Below, one piece after another: positions 1 to 10,500 of a stretch of 64,000 bases of DNA. A program made the translations under genes and the position numbers. The stretch's first letter is position 1. Each line of letters starts with the position of its first letter. Under the pieces are notes generated by a model. It saw nothing but the letters and a program-made list of their open reading frames with translations. It was not told the origin of the DNA and made no database searches. Source of the stretch: Amphiscolops sp. MND2022 (taxonomy: Eukaryota). The stretch covers positions 10,604,001 to 10,668,000 of the forward strand of contig OZ076409.1 in assembly GCA_964187785.1 (NCBI GenBank), read 5' to 3'.

Positions 1-2
1 GG

Positions 3-3000
3 TTGCAGTTCAGACAGAGATCCTCTTCGCGTATTTCCTCCTCGCAGGACTGGCTTTGGTTCTGCGCTGGCAGTTTCATGGGTCCTAGGAGCCGTGTTTG
101 AGCCACCAGGGCCATTTTCTGCGGCTACCGGAGTTGATGCTTCTGGCGAATGTTCTTGCGCTGCATTGGTTGAGCCGCTAACATTGGCAGAACTTGTGGT
201 TGATGTGGAGATTGGGATCTGTACATCCAGTCTACTAGCATTAAACAAGTGCGGTAGATCCAGCGGTCTATTGCGGGTGGCAATGGGTCGTTTCTGTTTC
301 GCACTGAGTTTCGGGCGTAGATCAGGTCGGCCCCAGAGCCCGCAGGCTCTGGACCAGTTGTCCCTATTCGCATGCTCTATGATTTGCCTAGAGGCTTCCC
401 ATTCGGGTCCGAGGGGATCACTTAGCAATTCCATGACGTGGTAGCAAGTCTCCGCTGGCATGTCGCTTCCCATAGTAACCCTCGCCTCTGGATTCCAAAC
501 AGGCATTGTCAGTGGGGGGATGATTAAACCTCTTAGGCGTCCTTGGCGCTCCTCCAGGGTTCTTGACATCCACACGCCAAGTTTGTAGTGGTCGCGATAG
601 GCATACTGCTCATCAAAGCCCTTCTCGACCATACTGATTGGCTTGGCCCGGATATAACCGATGGGTCCTCGCCAGTACCTGGCTGGAAGCTTAATCATTT
701 GGAAATTGTACTCCTGATTCGTGTGACCGCCCATGGTTTGCACACACTCGGTCACGTACTTCCTGAGGTGTGCGAAACTCCAATTGAATCGCTGTGGGAT
801 TCCGAGGTGGTCTAGGGGAGAATTATACCAATTCACCGGGCCGTATTCGCGAGGTAAAGGGCACGCCTTCTTTGTTCGGGCTTTGAGAATACCGGCCAGG
901 TTTTCGTCTTGCTGTGTCTCATTCTTTATTGTGGTATACATACGTGGTACTAGCAGAAACAGCCCACGTTCAAGCATCTGTTGATAGTTGTGTGGTTTTA
1001 CGTTCTTCAGATAAGTTAGGATGGATACCGTTAACGTCTCCGAGGCCAGTCTCAGAGGCTTGGTGGGGTATCGGAGTATCCCGGTTGGGCCAAATATCGG
1101 AGTTAGCACGGGTGCTAACACCGGTATAAGATCTTCGACTTCAGCCAAAGTGAAATCTGCCAGCTGGTTGGGTGTCAAAAATCCAGCTACCTCGGTCACT
1201 AGCTGACGTCCATCATATAACGGTTGGTGCTTATCCACCCCCACGAAGAGTCCCGAGGCAAAGACCAGACTGCAATACATCCAGTGATACAATGAAGTTG
1301 TCATACGCTCCAGGTGAGCGGGATAATCCTGAGCGTCTTTCCGTTGCAACAGCTTGGCTAGGGCGGTTAGACCTGAGATATTCCCTCGTGCAATCACCAG
1401 ATATGAAAATAGCCATTCCAGATTACACTCGGTAACCAGGTTAGTCAATATCATCATTGGGCCAGCTACAAAGCGTTTCTGCCCGAAAGTGAGCATCAGT
1501 GCAAAGAGTTCGTTCACCTGCACGGTACCGATAATCTCGCTGATTTCGATCAACCAACTCTCCTCTAAATCGAACTCGACTCGAATAACATCGGGACTCC
1601 AACCCAATCCCAAACAGATGGCAAACTGGTCGGTTGACATCCCAAGCTCTTTTGCAATGTCTGCTACGGTGGTAGTTTGTAGCCGCTGGTACCAGGCGTC
1701 GTAGGTGCTGCTGAAGGCTTGGATTTCAGCCTGAGTTTCGCTCGTCAATTTTGCAGCAATGTATTTCATTCCCACTGATAATTGATCGACTGTGAGGTCC
1801 TTGGCAAATTGAACTCGCGGGATGGCTCGTTCTACTTCTCGGTCGCTGGGGACTTTGCTCATTGTGGCAGTGACTTCTGCAAGATCGGTTTTGATACAAG
1901 TCTTTCCACCGGATGAGCGCGCGCGCTCTATCCAGTTATTCAGGCGGATTGCCTCGCATTCGGCCGTACTGGGCTCTGGGACTCGCCTTTCTCCGTCCTT
2001 GTTGAACACCAACAAGCCCATGCGAGTGCCGTGATCAAAGTAAATGGCATCGTCGATTGTCAGCTGCGCGTTCCCTGTTTTCTCTACTGACTGTAGCACT
2101 TTAGACACTGAGGCAATGTACCCCATGTAGGACAGCCAGGAGGGGCGAAAGTCATTGGAGCTAATCCGCATATTGGGCGCGCAGATCGCAAAGTCTATTT
2201 CTCTGCACTTGCAAACTTCTGTCACCATGTATATGAATCTCTGCAAGGCGGGGGGCCATTGGCAAAAACCTGGGGGTGTCACGAACAGGGCTGGCACCTT
2301 GAGTTTGTCTTTCAAGATGTTTTGGGCTTTCTCCATGGCTCGGGCCATGTTCAATGCTGCATTGCGTACCGTTGTTCGCTGAGCCGGACTTGGATTCATA
2401 ATCTCAACGTTCGCGATCTGGGCCATTAGTCCTTCACAGGCCATGTGATCGAAAACGTTGCTGATGATCACTCTACGTGGAGGTGGCTCTTTGAAGGTTC
2501 CTGTCATCTCAGGGTCAAACATGGTGACCAACACTTCGGCCATCTCGGGAATACGTGACAGCGGTAGAGTAAAAACCATCACGTCTGACAACACGTTGTC
2601 GATGGGGACATTCTTGAGGAATGTTGAGTCAATAAGTAAGGCGAAGCGCGCACGCTGCAACCTTTCTTTTGGCATTGGTAGCTGGGCTTCGAGATCACGG
2701 GCGTACCGTGGGTTGATCTCAAAGGTCTCTCCAGCGTTGAGGAAATATCGATCGGCGAATTGCCCACGAAGGTCAACGTTGAGGGCATCTAGGTAATTGT
2801 CATCCACGTTTGGCAGCATATTCATTGCCTTTCCTAGCCATGGCGGCTCATTGGTAGGAGTGTGGTCTGGGCGGATTGGACGATTCATGAATACGGGTAC
2901 ATTTGCCTTCTTCAGTTTCGCGTGCTCTTCGTCATTTGGAGGACACATGTTTTTCTCAAATAGCCATTCGGGCGATACTATAACTGCCGATTCCCAGATA

Positions 3001-4319
3001 CGTCGGGAATCCTTGGTGACCAATGTGCCCTTTGTGTTCTGCATGGGACTCAGGTACGTCGGCTGTTTCGTAAAGGTCCTCTTAGTTGGATGTTGAATCG
3101 CCTGTTTCCGGAGTGGGGTTCCAGTTGGACCACTGTTGGTCACTTTCAACCCTGGGTAATCACCCATTATGTCCTTGACAGTTCGCTGGGATACAGGGGT
3201 GCCTTGATAACCCACAGTTTGCTCCGATTGTGGCTGTCCTGACGTGGAGGGCTTAGGAGTCGCTCGTTGAGCCAGCGACTCGCGTGTTGTAGACTGCGTG
3301 GATGGTGGTTGCGGCAGTCCTTGTTGCTCGCCTGTCACGTCCGGTTGTGATTGGGGTGAAGGAAGCACGCATGCTTCCGACACTTTTGACTTCGTTTGGT
3401 CTGGCGCTTTGGAGGTTGTGGCCTTCTCGTTGGAAATCTTTTTGTCGGGTGGTGGCTTGCTCGAGGGGCTGTCACGGGCAGTCAATGGTTGTTGAGTCTT
3501 CTTTGTTGGGGAGGGGTCGTTGCGCTTTCTGGAGGCAGGGCGGCTCTCTCCTCCCCCCTTTTGAGAAGAGCGGGAAGGCGAACGACTGCGTTCCACAGTC
3601 ACGGTGCGAGAGTGTCCTGGCTGTTCAGACTGAGGATTGATGTGGGGAATAGTGATGACACCTTGACGTGTTTCAGTTGAAGTCGCATTGTCGTTACGAA
3701 TAGTGACAGTGGGCAGAGCAATTCGACGTAGCTCTGGCCAACACTGTTCCATGGATCGCATGAAGTCATCGTAATTGGGATTGGCAGCCACTGCTTGTAG
3801 CGCTGAAATGACTGCTTGCTCCGCCATAGATTGATTGGGCAGGCTAGGCACCATAGGAGCAGGAGTGCGCGCGCGCACTACTGCTTGTGGTGTTGGTACA
3901 GGAGGTGGTGGTGGAGGTGGAGGCGGGCAAGAAGGGATCTGTAAAGGTCTAGTCTGGTGGACTCCGCCATTCGCAAGACTATACGAGATCGCCGCACGAT
4001 CATCTGTGAAGTGATGCGTAAGATCATGGCCGTGCCACACTCCATCTTGGTACGTCATGGATCGTTGAAATCCAGGAAACCCTGAGGTAATAGATATCGT
4101 TAGCATTGGGGCTTGCAATTGTGATTCCATCTGGGCAATTATTGCTGCTACCCCGGCCACTGCAGCTGGCGACAGACCTTGGTCGAGTCTGTCTCGAATA
4201 AAGGCAATTTGTGGGGTGCGTTGGACACGCGCAGTGTCATAGACGCGTTGCCCCAAGGCAGGAGAGTTGTCTGTAGACCTCGGCGGGACGTTGTTGCTTC
4301 TATCATTATCTTGGTTCAT
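3..4319 (-). CDS. Element A ORF2, >1439 aa, 3'-partial; Pro-rich N-terminus, SGNH/GDSL-fold-like segment, HTH-like segment; function unknown
   Basis: ATG at 4319 (MNQDNDRSNNVPPRS...). Hand translation of ~3880-4319 and 3-2760 found no stop; the track lists no terminated ORF from this ATG, which implies the frame is open to the window edge. Pyrimidine-rich acceptor ctctttcAG ends at 4330. Confidence 0.88.
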   Translation of the reverse strand, partial: MNQDNDRSNNVPPRSTDNSPALGQRVYDTARVQRTPQIAFIRDRLDQGLSPAAVAGVAAIIAQMESQLQAPMLTISITSGFPGFQRSMTYQDGVWHGHDLTHHFTDDRAAISYSLANGGVHQTRPLQIPSCPPPPPPPPPVPTPQAVVRARTPAPMVPSLPNQSMAEQAVISALQAVAANPNYDDFMRSMEQCWPELRRIALPTVTIRNDNATSTETRQGVITIPHINPQSEQPGHSRTVTVERSRSPSRSSQKGGGESRPASRKRNDPSPTKKTQQPLTARDSPSSKPPPDKKISNEKATTSKAPDQTKSKVSEACVLPSPQSQPDVTGEQQGLPQPPSTQSTTRESLAQRATPKPSTSGQPQSEQTVGYQGTPVSQRTVKDIMGDYPGLKVTNSGPTGTPLRKQAIQHPTKRTFTKQPTYLSPMQNTKGTLVTKDSRRIWESAVIVSPEWLFEKNMCPPNDEEHAKLKKANVPVFMNRPIRPDHTPTNEPPWLGKAMNMLPNVDDNYLDALNVDLRGQFADRYFLNAGETFEINPRYARDLEAQLPMPKERLQRARFALLIDSTFLKNVPIDNVLSDVMVFTLPLSRIPEMAEVLVTMFDPEMTGTFKEPPPRRVIISNVFDHMACEGLMAQIANVEIMNPSPAQRTTVRNAALNMARAMEKAQNILKDKLKVPALFVTPPGFCQWPPALQRFIYMVTEVCKCREIDFAICAPNMRISSNDFRPSWLSYMGYIASVSKVLQSVEKTGNAQLTIDDAIYFDHGTRMGLLVFNKDGERRVPEPSTAECEAIRLNNWIERARSSGGKTCIKTDLAEVTATMSKVPSDREVERAIPRVQFAKDLTVDQLSVGMKYIAAKLTSETQAEIQAFSSTYDAWYQRLQTTTVADIAKELGMSTDQFAICLGLGWSPDVIRVEFDLEESWLIEISEIIGTVQVNELFALMLTFGQKRFVAGPMMILTNLVTECNLEWLFSYLVIARGNISGLTALAKLLQRKDAQDYPAHLERMTTSLYHWMYCSLVFASGLFVGVDKHQPLYDGRQLVTEVAGFLTPNQLADFTLAEVEDLIPVLAPVLTPIFGPTGILRYPTKPLRLASETLTVSILTYLKNVKPHNYQQMLERGLFLLVPRMYTTIKNETQQDENLAGILKARTKKACPLPREYGPVNWYNSPLDHLGIPQRFNWSFAHLRKYVTECVQTMGGHTNQEYNFQMIKLPARYWRGPIGYIRAKPISMVEKGFDEQYAYRDHYKLGVWMSRTLEERQGRLRGLIIPPLTMPVWNPEARVTMGSDMPAETCYHVMELLSDPLGPEWEASRQIIEHANRDNWSRACGLWGRPDLRPKLSAKQKRPIATRNRPLDLPHLFNASRLDVQIPISTSTTSSANVSGSTNAAQEHSPEASTPVAAENGPGGSNTAPRTHETASAEPKPVLRGGNTRRGSLSELQ

Positions 4320-4549
4320 GACGACAGTTCTGAAAGAGCGTAGGTCGATTGTAGCACACTTGATAGTAGGGTAACACCATAGGTCATTTAAGGGTAATAC
4401 CAGGGAAAGTAATAGAATGTTACACATTAACATTAAAGCAAAAGATAACGTAATAGTCTCAAATAAACTTCGGATCGATTCACTAAACTTAATCGAGCGG
4501 ACAAAAAAAAAACGAAAAACAAAAAAAAGAAAGCGGACAAACGAAAGTT

Positions 4550-7500
4550 TTACGGAAAGCTAGCGACGCTTGCAATAGATACGTAAACGCGATCGTGAAG
4601 AACGACGGTCAGGGGGGTGTCGGCGAATACGTCCATCAAACAGGCATAAAAATCAAAAAGATTACGTATTGGGCGTTCAGGATCAACGATGGCAAAGTGT
4701 ACTTCTATCGCCTCCAAGCGCTCGAGTAACGTTTTCAAATGATCAAGACATCCAAAAAGAATATCAGCGAGCATAGGGCAGCGAGGTGTAGCTCGTGTGA
4801 TTAAAAGGTGGATAGTCTGAGGATGGCCGTCTATCAAAGACGTGGGTAGCGTTACAATATTGCCAACCTCCGGTCGAAGTTGAAAGATTGCATCTGCACC
4901 ATGCTCACGAATGACGTAACGAAGAGCGGCAGAACTAGTTTCCAGATTTGCGGGACAACATAAAACGATATGATGGGGAGTCTGCAGGAAGTCCGTATTG
5001 GCATACTGCACATAGTCAACCAATTGAGGTCTCGCGGCTCCATGGTACACTAACTCTCGTCCGGGGTCCTTGGAAAGAGCATCGTCACATGCATTCGGGA
5101 GGAGGCCCTTGATTGCGCCCAAATCTTGCCATACAGATCGCGGCAATGATTGATTATCAATGTTAGCCCTGGACCATGTATCCAGTGCGTGCAGGGCCGA
5201 TTGGAGGGATACAGGACTAGGAAATGAGTGTGTCCATTCGTCCAGGAATCTGATTCGTGAGAAATTTGATAAAACTGCTATAATAAGTTCCAGCCACCAT
5301 TCAAACTTAATTTTACCACGATATAGGTCTATCGTGTGGAAACAAGTGATTTTATCAGGAGAGGCCATCGTCCGCAAACTCTCCAGACAGGTGTTCAAGT
5401 TAGTGGGATGAACCAAGTCGGATGCTTGTTTGGCCGTAACTAGTAGCCACCAGTTGCTTGTAGGCTGATAAACGTCTCCTGGTTTTGCTGTGACGTTGTA
5501 TTTGTCGTACAAGAGGTCAGCAGGAATACAGCGTATCATTTGGATAGGCTCTCGCTCATAGTTGAAAGGACCAAAAGCAATATTTGTAGGCAAAGGGGGA
5601 ACAGTGATGGGTAAGGTGAACTCCAAACCAACAAGATCATAGGTCCACTCCTTGAACCTTGGGCACGGAGCCCTTGCTATCGTAGAATCTTTCATTTTGG
5701 ATAGGATATAGTCCACGGGATATGGAGTGTCACTGCGTTGTAGCCCAGTGTAGGTTTTCTCGGCTCGAATAACCAAACGGTCAACCATTCCGCTCGGAAG
5801 TGGTTTCTCCTGTTCACGTGCTAGTAGGACTCCCTGGGATTCGATTGGGAAGCCCGCGTGGACCATGTAGTTACATTCGCAGTTTCGTAGGCCACATGTT
5901 CCGCAACGATATCTGGGAATACGATTGCGTCGCAGTCCATAATGAGCGTTGGTCGATTCTGGTGGTGCTGCCTGATCTGAGGTAACCGCCGCGCTAGGGG
6001 CAGAAGAGTCAGTGTCCATTGATGGAGTGTTACGAATATGGGTAGGAGTGTTAGGTCTGGCGTGCGTTGTACGAGGAGGTCTACCTCTGGGACGGCCTCT
6101 TTTGCGAGTGCCTCTAATAGCACCTCTCCGTTGGTGACCACGTGGTAGCGAGGCTCGCGGCCTTGCTCTGCCTGGCGGACGTCCCCGGGGTCCACGCCCT
6201 CTAGGAGCATTGGGGAGCTTCGTGGTAGTAGCTGCATTATTGTTGATGGGATTTGTTACAGGGGGAATTGATCCCTTTTCGCTATTGGTCGTTGGTGTGT
6301 CGGCACCGTCGTCGTCCAGGGTTGGGTTGAGGTCATTGTCATCGATTAGGGGCCAAATGGGAAAGTTACTCAACATATCCGTAAGAGATGGATTTGTCAA
6401 TAATGGGGCGGATGTACCGGTCAAAGAAGTGGCGGCACTTTCGGTGGGTACGTGGATATTAGGATTCGGGGCGACATCTAATGCGTCTGGTACTGCTTCA
6501 TTCTCTGAAAATAGAGCCTCCATAGCAGGTAGTGGTGATATTGGCATTTCGGGAATAGGCGCAGGCTCGTCTACTTGTGATGGCAAGATGACACTTTCGT
6601 CAGGATTTGTTTGAGCACTCGATAGGAGTACATCAGAACGTTCATCGTCAGACTCAGTCGAAGAGTAGCCAAATTGTTGATAATGTAGGCGGCTGCCACC
6701 TGCGCGCATGTGTGTGCGTAACCGTGTGTCCATCCAATGTCTTTGTCGAGAAGGCAAAGAGGCATCACTGGCTTCCGAAATTGGTTCCTCTGCACGGTAA
6801 GAAGGTTGTGAAGCATCGTCTCTCACCTCCTCATGGGATTGTTCTGGATCAGGGTCCATGATAATAGCAACCTCGCCGTTATGCGCAGGAACAGCTGCCC
6901 ATTCTGTTGGACCACCATGATGCGGTTTCAATCGTTCGAAATGCACTTTCTGACCAGTGTCAAGTATGTAAACGCGTCCCTCTTGTAGCACTCGTGCTAC
7001 CTTGTGAGGACCACGCCACGCTCTCATCAATTTGGGAGATCCCTTTTGAGGAATGTATCGGCAGAATACCCAAACAGGTTCGCCCACTTCGTAGGCCTTA
7101 GCACGAATTGCTCTGTCGTACTTCAATTTTTGTCGTTGTTGGGCTTGATGCGTGTTGCGACGGACTAAGTCATGAATCTCTTGTTGTCGAGCCAGCACAT
7201 GTTCCACATAGGCTTCGTGTGATTCGAATGACTGAGTTGCAAATTCCGGATACAAAAAAGTCAGGGGTATAGCTTTTTCCATGCCTCTGGTCAGCATATA
7301 CGGGGAAAATCCAGTAGTGGCATGACGTGTGGAGTTGTATGCACCCATAACTTCATCTAGGTACTGATCCCAGTCACGCATTCGTCTAGAGCAGAATACA
7401 CGCAGTAGGGTGAGTAGCGTTCGGTTTTGTCGTTCTACCAACCCTTGAGTCCTGGGGTGGCCAGCAGTTGAGGTTACTTTGGTCACTTGGGCTGCTTTCA

Positions 7501-10500
7501 TAAACTCAGTAGATACTGCCGCGGTGAAATTGGGAGCATTGTCTGACTGCATCCTCGTTGGCGTTCCATGGCGGGCAAACCACTTCTGCAACAACAACTT
7601 TGAAGTGGTCGCTGCATCGTACTCATCGTGGTTACATGGCACAGCTTCTGCGAGCTTAGAGAAATGATCGATAATAACCAATATCCCTGTGTTACCATCA
7701 TCAGAGGGACAAATTTTCATGTGGTCATATTGGACTAGCTCGTTGAAATAACCGCTTTGGATATTTTTCAAGTGAAAGCGTACATCACCAGGCTTGTCGC
7801 GTACTTGTTGACAAGTGATACATTGACTGACGTATTGTCCAATGGTGCGGCGGATGCCTGGCCAAGTGTGGCGCTCTTGAATTCTGGCCAAGACTTTCGC
7901 GATGCCCTGATGTCCCATCGCGTCGTGGGCCTTGAATAGTATCTCATGTTGATACAATTGTGGCATCACTATCATACAGGGGCGTTCATGCAAAGCTCTT
8001 TGAGTTTTGGAGTATTTTACACACAAAATCCCGTTGGCGTTTATCAGTAGGAGGTTCTTCTTCTGTTTGTGGTAGTTTTTGGCGAAGGTGCGCACATTTT
8101 CCGGAAAGACATCATCATGATGATAATGATTATCTATTGATTCTTGCATTACCAATTTCTTGATGGCCAATATATGGACGTCACGGTTTTGTGCTAGTAG
8201 TAGATCCTTCAATCCATGGACTGTGTTAGCGTGTTCATGCAGTTCCATTGATATGCTGTTTACCACAAACGCGGCTTGTTTTACGTGCTCTGGTGCAGTG
8301 CTAGTTGCTTGCTTTTCCATTAGTGGGTAAGTGGTTCTTGATGGTACGTTAGCAGCATGCGTGGGGAGTAGATAGTCTCGTTGATATTCCTCGGTCAGTT
8401 CTAACCAATCCTCAGGATATTCTGGATAAAGTTCGGCGGGCAGTGTCAACTCTGGTTTTGGCAATGTAGGTAGAGGCGCTCTCATGGCTTCCTCGCGTAT
8501 GGTTGCATTTCGTTTGCTTCCTCCGCTCTTTCGCGAGGGAGCGGCAACTGTGGTCTCGGGTGAACTTTGGCTACCCAACCTCTGCAAGTGTGCAGGCAAT
8601 TCTGGGTGATTTGGTATCACGCGTCCGTGGACGTCGAACCATGGGGCTAGCGGGAGTTTGTTATATTCCTCCTGTGACAGGAAATCCCATTTGTCTGCAA
8701 TTGCGGGTAAGCCTTTTAGTTGCTTTTCGTGTTTTTTGTAATCATTTGTTCGTTTGCTAAGACCATCAGCATTTCGATGTTGCGTTCTGGGTCGATGCTC
8801 AATGCTGAAGTGATATTTTTCAAGAGCCATAATCCATCGACCGATAATCGCCTGATCCATCGAATATGTTTTTAGCCAGGATAGGGCCTGATTATCTACC
8901 CTCAGTGTGAACTTTCGTGGACAGAGGTAACTGTGGTTTTTCAAGATGAAATAGTATGCAGCATACATTTCCAATTTTGGGGCTCCATACTTTGCTTGCG
9001 TAGCAGTTAATTTTTTGCTTCCGAATACAATCGGTCGCAGTTTGCGACTCTCAGGTGGTCCTTGCCATTGGTGCAGAATACCCGATATAGCTACACCACT
9101 AGCATCCGTGTCGAGAACAAATTCGCCTTCAGTGTCAGGTTGCGCCAGAGCGGTGGCTTCCATTAGTGCCACTTTGATGCTGTTGAAGGCTCGCTGCTGC
9201 TCCTCCCCCCATAAAAATGAAGAGGCTCCTCCCGTTATCGCGTGTAAAGGGGCAACTAGTTTTGCATGCCATGGGATAAAATCCCGATAGTAGTTGGCAA
9301 AACCCAAGAAACTTTGCAATTCAGTTTTGGTTCGCGGGATATCCCATTCTTTCAGCTTGGTGACAGCTTTTGGATCTGGCTTGATACCATCTGCGGATAC
9401 GACCCGGCCCAAATATTTGATCTCCGATTTCATGAAGTCACACTTGGAGACTCTCATTTTGAACCCGGCCTCACGCAGGCATTGGAATACTTCGCGTAGT
9501 CTTTCCATGTGATCCTCGATGGTCTCGGTAGCAATCACAATGTCATCGATGTAGGCCATAACCATACTTCCTTCACGGTTCACTATTCTTTGTAGCGCTC
9601 GCGCTATTGCCCGTTGAAATGTTGCTGATGCGTTACACATACCAAAAGGCATACGCCGCCACTCAAATAACCCAAGTTCACAAGCGAAGGCAGTCTTTTG
9701 ACGATCTGCTTTTCGGACAGGAATTTGCCAGAATGCCCATGCCAAGTCAATACTAGTATAGATTTTGGCTTTGCCCAATCTGGATAGACTTTCATCGATA
9801 CGTGGCAAGGGATAAGCGTCTTTGATGGTCACTTCATTAAGTGGTCGAAAGTCACAACAGAATCGCAATTCACCACTCTTCTTTTTGACCATGACGATTC
9901 CACTCGCCCAAGGGGATAGAGAAGGCTGTATCATTCCCAAAGCTAGCAGGTCACGGACTTCTTGGTTTGCACGTTCTGCCTTGTCAGGCGACATTCGTCT
10001 TGCACCTTCACGGTGGGGTACAGCCCCTGGCTCTACTTCCACCGGGTGCTTGGCGATTTTACACTTACCAATATCGGCTTTGAATTTCATAAACAAATCA
10101 TCAAATTCATTCAAAAGTTTACTAAGCGTGTCGCTGGCGGTCGATCCCCACAAACCGCGCACTTCGTCGAGTTGTGCTTCCGGGCCCGGTATCGGAGCCA
10201 TTAACGCCGGATCGGTTCGTTTTTTTACTTCGCGCTCGGACAAGCCTAGTTCTGACGGTTCGGTAGAGGACAAAAACTCAAATTCAGATGAAGAACTATA
10301 TTCAGAAGAAGACTCAAGGTTCATCTGTTCGTAAACTTTACAAACATAATTTGCATTTGACTGCTGAGTTTCACTTGATTGTCCGGGGACAATTTGGGGG
10401 ATGGCTTTGTGAACCATCGTTACGGGTACCGCGGTTCCTAAAAGGGTGCCCTTTTTAATCCGCTGCACGTTGCTGGTAAGATTTCCTAAACTGACGTAAA

